Below, piece after piece: positions 19,028 to 28,623 of a DNA stretch of 48,787 nt (positions are counted from its first letter, which is position 1; the number at the start of each line of letters is the position of its first letter). The notes beneath the pieces were generated by a model, which saw nothing but the letters and a program-made list of their open reading frames with translations, ran no database searches and had not been told where the DNA came from. This DNA comes from Thermodesulfovibrionales bacterium (GTDB lineage: Bacteria; Nitrospirota; Thermodesulfovibrionia; Thermodesulfovibrionales; Dissulfurispiraceae): contig JAOAEO010000001.1 of assembly GCA_026416735.1 (NCBI GenBank), positions 7,254 through 56,040 on the forward strand, given 5' to 3'. A program made the translations under genes and the position numbers.

Positions 19028-20082
19028 GTAGAAAGATAGCTTTTGTCTTTCCAGGTCAGGGCTCACAATATGTGGGTATGGGGAAGGATCTATATGAAAA
19101 TTTTGATAGTGTTAAAAAATTGTATAAGGAAGCATCAAAGATTTTAGGTTATGATGTAGCCGACTTAAGCTTTAACGGTCCTGCTGAAGAGCTAAATCTA
19201 ACCTATAGAGCTCAACCCTGTATTTTAGTGGCAAGTATAGCTGCCTATGTAGCTCTGACTTCGAAAAAGATTAAACCGACGATAGTTGCAGGACATAGCC
19301 TCGGTGAGTATTCCGCATTGGTTGCAGCAGGTAGCCTCTCTTTTAAGGATGCCGTTAGGCTGACTGAGATGAGAGGCAGAATAATGCAAGAGGAGGTCCC
19401 CTTAGGCAAAGGAATGATGGCGGCTATCTTAGGATTAGAGAGAACAGTGATAGACAATATATGTCAAGAAATCAGGAATTCCAATAATGGTTATGGTGGC
19501 TATGTGGCTGTTGCTAACTATAATTGCCCCGGACAGACAGTAATTTCTGGTGAAAAGGAAGCTGTCGAATATGCCATGACTGAAGCCAAAAGATTAGGGG
19601 CAAAAAAGACTGTTCCCCTTGCTTTGAGTGTACCACCCCATTGCCGTTTGATGGATAAGGCAGCTGAAAGATTTGGCGAAATTCTTAAAAAATACAAGAT
19701 TAAGCAGCCCAGAACATTGTTTGTCACAAATACTAACGCCCAGATACTATTCAAGCCCGACGAAATCAAAAAATCTCTTATCTTACAGCTGAATAATCCA
19801 GTATTCTGGGAAGACTGCGTTAAAACAATGGTCGAAAGGGAGATAAAAGATTTCGTTGAGATCGGACCTGGTAAAGTTCTAACAGGACTAATTAAAAGGA
19901 TAGAGCCCACTGCTAACACCTTTAACGTAGATAATTCTGAATCAATAGCTAAGACATTAGAGGGCTTAAAGACTGTTGAAAGACTTGAAGTTACTGGATT
20001 GGATATGGTCATTCACAAATTCAAAAGGCCTGCACCCTTTTGGTATCCTAATTATTTATGGGAAGGAGACCCTGAAAGATAA
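19024..20082 (+). CDS. fabD: malonyl-CoA:ACP transacylase
   Basis: IAFVFPGQGSQYVGMG and active-site GHSLGEYSA. GTG start in a GTGA overlap with the etfA stop. About 35-40 extra C-terminal residues relative to the usual ~310-aa FabD. Confidence 0.85.
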   Translation: MSRKIAFVFPGQGSQYVGMGKDLYENFDSVKKLYKEASKILGYDVADLSFNGPAEELNLTYRAQPCILVASIAAYVALTSKKIKPTIVAGHSLGEYSALVAAGSLSFKDAVRLTEMRGRIMQEEVPLGKGMMAAILGLERTVIDNICQEIRNSNNGYGGYVAVANYNCPGQTVISGEKEAVEYAMTEAKRLGAKKTVPLALSVPPHCRLMDKAAERFGEILKKYKIKQPRTLFVTNTNAQILFKPDEIKKSLILQLNNPVFWEDCVKTMVEREIKDFVEIGPGKVLTGLIKRIEPTANTFNVDNSESIAKTLEGLKTVERLEVTGLDMVIHKFKRPAPFWYPNYLWEGDPER

Positions 20083-20162
20083 AAAATCTCTTGTGAGTTT
20101 TTCCCTATCAATAAGAGAGATTTTGAAGCCTAAGGGTAGATCTTTTACAAAGTCTTTAAAAA

Positions 20163-20396
20163 ATGCTACTCGACTTAAGGGGATTAGATCATCCTCAACA
20201 TTTGCAAGAGTTTAAAAAACATTTTGAAGGACTCTGCACTGTCTACGAGGATGTAGAGGTTTTACTTAGTAACAATAAAGAAAATATCAAAAAATTCGAG
20301 ATATTTATAAGCTTTTTAAGAGCTCAATATACGATTGATTTCGTTAATGACTTTGTTAAATTGAGAATTATAGCTCCCTTCTCTTTATGTGGATGA
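20163..20396 (+). CDS. small TusA/SirA-fold-like protein lacking the catalytic Cys (DUF2249-like?)
   Basis: MLLDLRGLDHPQHL resembles the LDxRGLxCPxP motif but has His in place of Cys. 77 aa. No convincing RBS, so it may not be expressed. Confidence 0.3.
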   Translation: MLLDLRGLDHPQHLQEFKKHFEGLCTVYEDVEVLLSNNKENIKKFEIFISFLRAQYTIDFVNDFVKLRIIAPFSLCG

Positions 20397-20516
20397 TTGC
20401 TAAAAAACCTCCAGAATGACTAAAAGACTGTGACATCTTGATTTAAACTAAAATACTTCAAAAATCTATATATAAGGGAAACTAATCAGAATAAATAAAA
20501 TTTTTTGGAGGTCCTA

Positions 20517-21443
20517 ATGAGGAAAAAGGTTTCAATAATTGGTGCAGGGAATGTCGGGGCTTCGTTAGCTCAGTTAGTTGTTCAGTCGGGATTGGCAGAT
20601 GTAGTCCTTCAGGATATAGTCGAAGGAGTTCCTCAAGGTAAGGCTTTAGATCTCTCCCAAGCATGTCCGCTTTGGGGTTCTTCTGTGACAGTAACTGGAA
20701 CCAACGATTTTTCCCCTACAGCTAATTCTGATGTAATAGTAATCACTGCAGGTTTTCCTCGAAAACCAGGAATGTTGAGAGAGCAGCTTTTAGCTGCTAA
20801 CGCGGAAGTCGTCAGTGGAGTCACAAAAAAATCAGCAGAGTTATCACCTAAGGCAGTTATTATCGTAGTAACAAATCCTATGGATGCCATGACCTATCTC
20901 AGTTACAAAGTTTCAGGATTCGATCACTCCCGTGTTATAGGAATGGGTGGCGTTTTAGATTCAGCTCGATTTAGAACTTTCGTTGCCTGGGAATTCAATG
21001 TGGCACCAAAGGATGTAGAAGCTCTCGTCTTAGGTGGCCATGGAGTCGCAATGGTCCCTATGCCGAGATATACCACAGTCAAGGGAGTACCTTTAACTGA
21101 GTTGTTACCTAAGGATAAAATAGATGCCCTAATCCACAGAACCAGAGAAGGCGGTGCTGAAATTGTCTCTTTATTGAAAACTGGAAGTGCCTTTTATGCC
21201 CCTGCTGCTGCAACCTTTGAGATGGTAAAAGCTATCTTATTAGATGAAAAACGCATCCTTCCCTGCTCCGCCTACCTAAATGGGCAGTACGGTGTTAAAG
21301 ATGTATACAATGGAGTCCCTGTAATTTTGGGTTGCAATGGAGTAGAGAAGATTATCGAACTTAAGCTAAACAAAGAGGAGATGGATGAATTCGTAAAATC
21401 GGCTCAATCAGTTAGAGCAACTATTGACGAATTAAAGATATAG
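20517..21443 (+). CDS. mdh: malate dehydrogenase (LDH-like family)
   Basis: KVSIIGAGNVGA Rossmann motif, GFPRKPGMLRE (Arg at the substrate-specificity position) and GGHG. The start was set at ATG 20517, 5 nt after GGAGG. The track start at 20505 is a TTG inside that RBS. Confidence 0.9.
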   Translation: MRKKVSIIGAGNVGASLAQLVVQSGLADVVLQDIVEGVPQGKALDLSQACPLWGSSVTVTGTNDFSPTANSDVIVITAGFPRKPGMLREQLLAANAEVVSGVTKKSAELSPKAVIIVVTNPMDAMTYLSYKVSGFDHSRVIGMGGVLDSARFRTFVAWEFNVAPKDVEALVLGGHGVAMVPMPRYTTVKGVPLTELLPKDKIDALIHRTREGGAEIVSLLKTGSAFYAPAAATFEMVKAILLDEKRILPCSAYLNGQYGVKDVYNGVPVILGCNGVEKIIELKLNKEEMDEFVKSAQSVRATIDELKI

Positions 21444-21532
21444 ATTAGCGGTTTTCATACCTTTAAAGGGAATACTGACTTTCTCGTTTTCAACCGATAA
21501 TTGAGATAATTTTACAAAAGGAGGGTAAGATT

Positions 21533-21946
21533 TTGCAGAGGACTTTAGTAATCATAAAGCCTGATGGAGTGCAAAAGAACCTAATAGGAGAAGTTATCGG
21601 TAGATTGGAAAAGAGAGGTTTAAGGATAGCTGCTTTGAAAAAGATTAAGATCTCCAAAGAGCAAGCTAAAGGTTTTTATATAGTCCATAAAGATAAGCCC
21701 TTTTATGACAGTCTTACAGATTTTATGTCAGAGGGTCCCATAGTTGTAATGGTCGTTGAGGGCAAGGATGCTATCTTAGAGGTAAGAGACATTATGGGAG
21801 CTACAAACCCTGCTGAAGCAAAGGAAGGGACTATTAGAAGGGATTTTGCTGAGAATATAGAGAGAAATATAGTGCACGGTTCAGACAAACCAGAATCTGC
21901 CGGTTTTGAGATATCCTATTTCTTCTCTCAGATAGAGATCCTATAA
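21533..21946 (+). CDS. ndk: nucleoside diphosphate kinase
   Basis: [11 protein letters not shown] and active-site NIVHGSD. TTG start preceded by AAAGGAGGG. Confidence 0.95.
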   Translation: MQRTLVIIKPDGVQKNLIGEVIGRLEKRGLRIAALKKIKISKEQAKGFYIVHKDKPFYDSLTDFMSEGPIVVMVVEGKDAILEVRDIMGATNPAEAKEGTIRRDFAENIERNIVHGSDKPESAGFEISYFFSQIEIL

Positions 21947-22134
21947 AGAGATGTAAAGAGGCTTTATCTTTTTAAGTTTTTCTAAGAAAGATTGATCCAA
22001 AAAGGAGACTGCCCTTAAAGCAATTGAAAAACTCTTAATCTTTAAAAAGAGGAGATACTTTACAAAGGGATTTAGTAAGTTTTTGTTGCTTTTAGAAAAG
22101 ATCCTCCCTTTGCATCCCTATTAAGATAGAAAAG

Positions 22135-24846
22135 GTGACAAATCTTTATCTCATCGATGGAAATTCATATTTTTATAGAGCTTATCATGCTCTAAAGGGG
22201 CTTACTAATAGCAAAGGTTTCCCTACCAATGCTATTTATATATTTACAAACATGCTTTTTAAGATACTCAGAGAGAAAAAGCCTGAAAGGATAGCCATAG
22301 CCTTTGATACTCCAGCACCAACGGAGAGGCATATCCTCTATGAAGATTATAAAGCCACAAGGCCTCAGATGCCCGATGATTTAGCAGTTCAAATACCATA
22401 CATTAAGGACATAATTAAGGCTTTAAAGATACCTACCTTTGAAGTGCCAGGTTATGAGGCAGATGATATTATAAGCACCATTGCTAAAAAGGCAGAAGCC
22501 GAAGGACTTCAAGTATTTATTGTAAGCGGCGATAAAGATATGATGCAAATAGTCGGTGAGAATATATTCCTTTACGACCCCATGAAAGATCTTTTAATCG
22601 ATAAATCAGAGGTCCTTAAAAAGTTTGGTGTTCCCCCTGAAGATATTCCCAATATAATGGCTTTGGCTGGCGATAGCATCGACAACATACCCGGAGTAAA
22701 GGGGATAGGAGAAAAATTAGCAAAGAAGATTTTAAAGGAGGCTGGAAGTATAGAGGCTTTGATAGAAAATCCAGATCTTATTAAAAATGAACGAATTAAA
22801 AGGTTGATAGTAGACAATTTAGAGGTCATCAAATTGAGCAAAGAACTTAGCACAATTAATTACGAAGTGCCTTTGGACTTCAGAATCGAAGATCTAACGG
22901 TCAAAGAGCCTGATTGGAAAGAGCTCTTTAAACTTTTTGTGGAATTGCAATTTAATAGTCTTCTCGATTTGATCCCCTCAAAGGGTCATCTTACCCGAGG
23001 TAGCTATCATCTGATTTCTGACAAAGAGATGCTCCTTAACTTTATTGGAAAACCCTTAATGACCCAACAAACCCTCTTTGATCTCGAAATTGAGAATATT
23101 AAGAGAGAAAAGCTTTCACATATCTATCATAAACTTAGTGAAATAGCTTTCGATGTAGAGTCTTCCGGTAGAGATCCTCTATCAGATTATGTAGTGGGAA
23201 TCTCTCTTTGTAAGCAGAAGGGGACTGCCTATTATGTGCCCATTAGACATTTAAACTCCAAAAATGTTAATGAGGCTCTATTAATACTCAAAGATATCTT
23301 TGAAGATAGATCTATTTCAAAGATTGGTCATAACCTCAAATTCGATATCTTGATGTTGAAGCAAGAGGGTATAGAAGTAGCAGGCATACTTTATGACACA
23401 ATGGTAGCTTCGTACTTATTAAACCCAAATAAACAGATCCATAGCTTGGAAGAGGTAGCCGCTGAATATTTACAACACAAAAAAAAGTCCTTTAAAGAAC
23501 TCTTAGGAAAATGTAAGTCCTTTGAAGAAGTACCCCTCCAAGAGGCTATCGATTATGCAGCTGAAGATGCCGAACTCACCTTTGAACTAAAGGAGATCCT
23601 TTTTGAGAGACTTAAAGAGGAAGGGCTCGAGAAGCTCTATTTTGAATTAGAGATGCCTCTGATTAAAGTGTTAGCAGAGATGCAAAGAAATGGAATTATG
23701 GTAGACCTAAAATTAATCGAGACCCTTTCTAAAGAGATCGAAAGAGAACTCGACTCCCTCCAACGGAAAATCTATAGTCTTGCTGGAGAGCAATTTAACA
23801 TAAACTCCACCCAACAATTAAGGAAGATACTTTTTGACAAATTAAAACTCAAAACTGGTAAAAAAACAAAGACAGGATATTCTACAAGTATCGATGTTCT
23901 TGAGGAATTGGCTAAATCCCATGAACTTCCAGCAGAAATCTTAAATTACAGGACACTTTACAAGTTCAAGACAACCTATCTCGATATATTACCAAAGTTA
24001 GTGAATAAAGAGACTGGTAGAATCCATACCACCTTTAATCAAACAGTTACAGCAACGGGGCGACTTAGCAGTAGTGAACCAAATTTACAAAATATCCCTG
24101 TGAAGGGTTTTTGGGGAAACCGGATACGGGAGATTTTCATCGCACCGGAGGGTTCACAGTTATTGTCTGCCGATTACTCCCAGATTGAACTCAGGATATT
24201 AGCTCACATGAGCAAAGACGAAACTCTGTTGGATGCCTTTTCAAAGGGAATCGATATCCATTCAAGAACTGCAGCCGAGATATTTAACATACCTTTAGAA
24301 TCAGTTAGTACTGAACATAGAAGGATAGCAAAGACCATTAATTTTGGAATAATCTATGGCATAAGCCCCTTTGGACTGTCTGAAGCTTTAAGTATAACAA
24401 CCCAAGAAGCTAATAGACTAATTGAAGGTTATTTTAAGAGGCACTCTGCCGTGAAGGAGTATATTGATAGGACACTTCAAGAAGCACGAGAAAAGGGTTT
24501 TGTTACAACCCTTTTAGGTAGGAAAAGGCAAATTCCTGCTATTAATAGTGATAATGCTATTTTGCGACAGCAAGCAGAAAGAATGGCTATTAATACCCCA
24601 ATCCAAGGTACAGCAGCAGATTTAATAAAGAAAGCGATGATATCTATACATGACTCTCTCAAGAGCAAGAGCTATAAGACAAAAATGATTCTCCAGATTC
24701 ATGATGAATTACTCTTTGAAGTCCCAGAGACTGAATTAGAAAGTTTAAAGATTATTGTCAAAGAAAAAATGGAATCGGCACTTAAATTAGATGTTCCCCT
24801 TATGGTAGACTTACGAATAGGCAAAAATTGGGCAGAGATAAAATAG
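22135..24846 (+). CDS. polA: DNA polymerase I (5'-nuclease, 3'-5' exonuclease and polymerase domains)
   Basis: LIDGNSYFYRAYHA (5' nuclease), AFDVESSG (Exo I), DYSQIELRILAH (motif A) and QIHDELLFEV (motif C). 903 aa. GTG start. Confidence 0.95.
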   Translation: MTNLYLIDGNSYFYRAYHALKGLTNSKGFPTNAIYIFTNMLFKILREKKPERIAIAFDTPAPTERHILYEDYKATRPQMPDDLAVQIPYIKDIIKALKIPTFEVPGYEADDIISTIAKKAEAEGLQVFIVSGDKDMMQIVGENIFLYDPMKDLLIDKSEVLKKFGVPPEDIPNIMALAGDSIDNIPGVKGIGEKLAKKILKEAGSIEALIENPDLIKNERIKRLIVDNLEVIKLSKELSTINYEVPLDFRIEDLTVKEPDWKELFKLFVELQFNSLLDLIPSKGHLTRGSYHLISDKEMLLNFIGKPLMTQQTLFDLEIENIKREKLSHIYHKLSEIAFDVESSGRDPLSDYVVGISLCKQKGTAYYVPIRHLNSKNVNEALLILKDIFEDRSISKIGHNLKFDILMLKQEGIEVAGILYDTMVASYLLNPNKQIHSLEEVAAEYLQHKKKSFKELLGKCKSFEEVPLQEAIDYAAEDAELTFELKEILFERLKEEGLEKLYFELEMPLIKVLAEMQRNGIMVDLKLIETLSKEIERELDSLQRKIYSLAGEQFNINSTQQLRKILFDKLKLKTGKKTKTGYSTSIDVLEELAKSHELPAEILNYRTLYKFKTTYLDILPKLVNKETGRIHTTFNQTVTATGRLSSSEPNLQNIPVKGFWGNRIREIFIAPEGSQLLSADYSQIELRILAHMSKDETLLDAFSKGIDIHSRTAAEIFNIPLESVSTEHRRIAKTINFGIIYGISPFGLSEALSITTQEANRLIEGYFKRHSAVKEYIDRTLQEAREKGFVTTLLGRKRQIPAINSDNAILRQQAERMAINTPIQGTAADLIKKAMISIHDSLKSKSYKTKMILQIHDELLFEVPETELESLKIIVKEKMESALKLDVPLMVDLRIGKNWAEIK

Positions 24847-24861
24847 AAAGGAGCAAGAAAG

Positions 24862-24981
24862 ATGATAATGTCCCTTTTAAAAAAAGCTATTATGGCTGGA
24901 AGTATTGCTACACGCGTAAGTTTAGGAGTAGTGGGCATAATAGTTACGATTATAGCTCTTAAAAACGTGTTTAAAAAATAA
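24862..24981 (+). CDS. hypothetical 39-aa membrane peptide
   Basis: MIMSLLKKAIMAGSIATRVSLGVVGIIVTIIALKNVFKK: one TM helix. ATG lies 8 nt after AAAGGAG and 16 nt after the polA stop. Below the ORF-track size cutoff. Confidence 0.3.
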   Translation: MIMSLLKKAIMAGSIATRVSLGVVGIIVTIIALKNVFKK

Positions 24982-25831
24982 AAAGTTTTCAACGCACCCT
25001 TCTATTCCCCTGTGAATCCTTTTAGTTTCTTTCCTCTTTACTAAAGCGAGTTCTTTATTTCTATCAAAATTACTATCATTTTAATTTCCTTTAGTGACTT
25101 TCTCTTTATTATTTTAATTGCCGCTATCAATACAATAACAATCATCTAATATCTTTTCATCTACTTATGTCAGACTATCTTTCTCTGCTTATGTCCAAAC
25201 TTAACTTTTATTCCTAAAGTCTTTTTAAAAGCTAAAAATACACTTTAAATTCTCTACAGTAATCATCTATAAGGGTATCCAAGATTCCTTGCCCTTTTTG
25301 GGGGTGTCTACTTAAAGCCACCGATACTTCAAGTCAGACCTCTTTATTCCTTGACCCTTTATCTTTTTTTATTGCTTTTCCGTTAACTCCGAAGCTACTA
25401 TTATAGCTTTCTTCTATAAATAATTAATTTTAAGTCTTAGCCCGTAACTTCAGTAAGGCTCGTTACCATACTCTTAAAGCTTTTCTATCCTTTCTTTCTA
25501 CTTAGTATTGGATATACCTTCTTTAAGTGATTTATCAATCTTTAATTTAGCGTATGTTTTTATAGTCAAAAAAAAAGAAAATTGCTGAAAAAAGTCTTTA
25601 AAGACAACCTGAAAAAATTAGGTGAATTTGGGTAAACACAAAAGTTGACCTATTTATAGCTTTCCTAAGGGTAGTATGCCCCTTATAAAATTTATAAGGA
25701 CAGAATAAATCGAGACCGATACTTCAACAATAACTTTAAAGCTTTTCAATTTATTCTCTGAAGACTGTTATACTATTTTTAATGACCTTTTGAGGTACGA
25801 TAATTTTTTAATTTAAAAGAAGGGATTTGGT

Positions 25832-26923
25832 ATGTCTTCAAAGGTTATAGTCGCGATAAGCGGAGGTGTTGATTCTTCCGTTACAGCTTTCCTCCTCAAA
25901 CAGGGAGGATACGATGTAGAAGGAGTTACTTTTTTGTTGCATAACGATAACGATAAAGAAGCTGAGAAAGGCTCCTTTAATTGTTCGTTAACCTCCTTAA
26001 AGGTCGCTCAAAAATCTGCTCATGCACTTGGCATAAAACACAGTATAATAGATCTCAGAAAGGAATTCTCTCAAAAGGTTATCGAGCCATTCATTTGTGC
26101 ATATGCTATAGGTCAAACCCCTAACCCATGTATTCAATGTAATAGGCATATCAAATTCCCTAACCTAATAAAAATAGCAGATGAGAGAGGAGCAGACTTC
26201 ATAGCAACTGGCCATTATGCTAAGCTTAAGATTATTAATAGTTCTCCTATTTTGATGAAGGCTATTGACATTAAAAAGGATCAATCATATTTTCTTTATG
26301 CGGTCGACAGCAATATTTTGAGAAGGGTTCTATTACCATTGGGAGATAAAACTAAGGACGAAGTCAAAAAGTTGGCCTCTCTTTTTGACATTTCATCCAT
26401 AGAGAGCAAAGAAAGCCAAGAGATCTGTTTCATAAAAAACAAAAGATATTATGATTTTCTCAAAAACAGCATCGATCCTAAAGAAGGTCCGATCGTAGAC
26501 GCCCATACTAAAAAAATTTTAGGGTATCATAAAGGAATACATTTATATACCATTGGGCAAAGGAGAAAGCTTGAGATTGCGAAGAATGAACCAAGATATG
26601 TAGTTCAAATTGATATATCTCAAAACGCTATTTACATAGGCAGAAAAGAGCTTGCAATGTTTAATAGTATGATTGTTGACAATCTCAACTGGCTAACCCC
26701 CCAGACAGACTTCTTTCGAGCTACAATCAAAATCAGATCGACGATGAAAGACGAGCCAGGATTTGTAGAGATAATAGATAAGAAAAGGGCGAGAGTGGTT
26801 TTTGACAGGCCCCAATGGGCTCCCGCGCCAGGGCAGAGTGCTGTATTTTATCGAGGTGATGTTTTAGTAGGTGGTGGAATAATTGTTTCCTCCTCGAGTA
26901 AATTGCCCTCCTCTTGTGTTTGA
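25832..26923 (+). CDS. mnmA: tRNA-specific 2-thiouridylase
   Basis: PP-loop [10 protein letters not shown], catalytic region [17 protein letters not shown] and KDQSYFL. Confidence 0.9.
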   Translation: MSSKVIVAISGGVDSSVTAFLLKQGGYDVEGVTFLLHNDNDKEAEKGSFNCSLTSLKVAQKSAHALGIKHSIIDLRKEFSQKVIEPFICAYAIGQTPNPCIQCNRHIKFPNLIKIADERGADFIATGHYAKLKIINSSPILMKAIDIKKDQSYFLYAVDSNILRRVLLPLGDKTKDEVKKLASLFDISSIESKESQEICFIKNKRYYDFLKNSIDPKEGPIVDAHTKKILGYHKGIHLYTIGQRRKLEIAKNEPRYVVQIDISQNAIYIGRKELAMFNSMIVDNLNWLTPQTDFFRATIKIRSTMKDEPGFVEIIDKKRARVVFDRPQWAPAPGQSAVFYRGDVLVGGGIIVSSSSKLPSSCV

Positions 26924-27054
26924 GAAGAAATTTTATACTCCTCCGTTGCCCATTTGCCTAAGTCAATAAGTTTACATCTCTCAGAGCAAAAGGGTCTCCA
27001 TCGATTTTCTCCAAGGGTTGTTGGTTTTCTACAAATGGGACATTTTATATCCAT
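26848..27054 (-). CDS. yacG: DNA gyrase inhibitor YacG-type zinc-ribbon protein
   Basis: CPICRKP...[20 protein letters not shown] matches the YacG Zn-ribbon signature. The acidic/Pro-rich tail overlaps the mnmA 3' end. Confidence 0.75.
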   Translation of the reverse strand: MDIKCPICRKPTTLGENRWRPFCSERCKLIDLGKWATEEYKISSQTQEEGNLLEEETIIPPPTKTSPR

Positions 27055-27596
27055 CCTTAGAATGATAAAAAAATGTTAATTATATATAATGTTCTATGAA
27101 AAGAGACCTATAAAAATTATACTCAATAAAAACAAACTTTTTCACTATTTATAATTTAAAATTCCATCTAAAAAGCTGTAAGTTTTAATGTTACATTATT
27201 AAAATTAAATTTTTTTTTATCACTGAAATTTAAAAAGGATCACTTTTTTTCATTAAAATATTATAATTTAAAATATCAATAGGTTAGTTTCATTAGCTAA
27301 TAGCCACAGAATTTTCTTATCATAAAAAGTCGAGAGTAAAAAGTTTGATATATAAAAGTGGCATTTAGAACACCCGAAAGGCATAACTTTAAAAGGACAG
27401 AGAGGCTGACTAAAGGCTCTTCTATTAACTTAACTATAATAAAAAATTATGGGTTTAATCATAATTTTAGGATTACAGATTAAGTTAAATACGAGTAAAA
27501 TAGGCTAAATGAAGATATGTTTGTAAACAGACTTGCCTAGTTCATCTAAAAGTATTTTGCTTAGACATGATTTAATTTTGAGAAAGGAGATTTTTT

Positions 27597-28565
27597 ATGG
27601 AAAGGTACATAACTTTAGAGATACTCCGTGTAACTGAAGCAGCTGCTATTGCGGCTGCAAGACTTATGGGTAAAGGCGATAGAAAAGACGCCGATAGGGC
27701 TGCTGTCAATGCGATGAGAACTGCCTTAAATGATATTTCCTTTCGCGGTAAAATTGTTATTGGCGAAGGGGAGAGAGATGAAGCTCCTATGCTATATATT
27801 GGAGAAGAAGTAGGTAGTGGCGGCGATCTCGAGGTCGATATAGCGGTAGACCCTCTTGAAGGGACTAATTTATGCGCCACTGGTTCTCCCAATGCCCTTT
27901 CTGTGATGGCTGTCTCAGAAAAAAATGGTTTACTCTATTGCCCAGATACTTATATGGAGAAACTCGTTGTCAGACCAGCTGCAAAGGGAGTAGTAGACAT
28001 TAGGGCTTCTGTTAAAGAGAATTTAGAAGGCATAGCGAGAGCCTTAAGCAGAGACATCGATGATCTCGTTGTTGTCATACTCGACAGACCTCGCCATGAG
28101 CAGTTAATAAAGGATGTAAGAGCTGCAGGTGCTCGTATAAAACTCATTAGCGATGGGGATATAACCCCTGCTATTGCAGCCATAGTAGAAGGAACAGGTA
28201 TACATGCTTTAATGGGAATTGGTGGAGCACCAGAAGGTGTGTTATCTGCTGCGGCCGTGAAATGTCTTGGGGGAGAAATGCAGGCAAGAATGAGATGGCG
28301 TAATGAAGAAGAAAAACAGAGAGCTATCAAGATGGGAATGGATATAAGTGAAGATAAAGTATATACCACCGATGATCTTGCTCCGGGAGATGACATAGTC
28401 TTTGTAGCAACTGGTGTGACTAAAGGAGATATACTTAATGGTGTAAGTTTCTTTGGTGGTGGAGCAAGAACTAACTCATTAATACTTTCTTCAAAAACAA
28501 GGGAAATCAGATTCGTAGATACAGTTCATGTTTTTGATAAAGTGGGCAAGATAATTTTGAGGTAA
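27597..28565 (+). CDS. glpX: class II fructose-1,6-bisphosphatase (GlpX type)
   Basis: [33 protein letters not shown] and GIGGAPEGV motifs. AAAGGAG RBS. Confidence 0.9.
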   Translation: MERYITLEILRVTEAAAIAAARLMGKGDRKDADRAAVNAMRTALNDISFRGKIVIGEGERDEAPMLYIGEEVGSGGDLEVDIAVDPLEGTNLCATGSPNALSVMAVSEKNGLLYCPDTYMEKLVVRPAAKGVVDIRASVKENLEGIARALSRDIDDLVVVILDRPRHEQLIKDVRAAGARIKLISDGDITPAIAAIVEGTGIHALMGIGGAPEGVLSAAAVKCLGGEMQARMRWRNEEEKQRAIKMGMDISEDKVYTTDDLAPGDDIVFVATGVTKGDILNGVSFFGGGARTNSLILSSKTREIRFVDTVHVFDKVGKIILR

Positions 28566-28623
28566 TCGATTTTCTAATTTACTCGATTTTTAATGATACT
28601 TACTTAGACAGCATCTAAAATTA

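Noticed and set aside
17289-20012. Minus-strand ORFs antisense to etfB, etfA and fabD (17289-17537, 17555-17884, 17940-18191, 18407-18589, 19245-19457, 19518-20012).
   Set aside because: These are shadow ORFs inside confidently assigned genes. The 164-aa one is Ser/Leu-rich with no recognisable motif.
19976-20215. 79-aa ORF in a third frame bridging the fabD tail and the TusA-like ORF.
   Set aside because: It has no motif or RBS and overlaps both neighbours. It is treated as part of the ambiguous zone rather than as a gene.
24982-27596. Checked the two long non-coding stretches (24982-25831 and 27055-27596) for CRISPR arrays, tRNA, tmRNA, RNase P and SRP signatures.
   Set aside because: There are no regularly spaced direct repeats, no tRNA-like acceptor or T-arm sequences, and no conserved cores such as GGTTCGAATCC-type T-loops or the RNase P GAGGAAAGTCC motif. 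Only the isolated short repeats reported in the findings were seen.
27572-28396. 106-aa and 148-aa minus-strand ORFs antisense to glpX.
   Set aside because: glpX is locally more GC-rich, which suppresses stop codons on the opposite strand. The translations are Ala/Ser/Pro-rich with no motifs.
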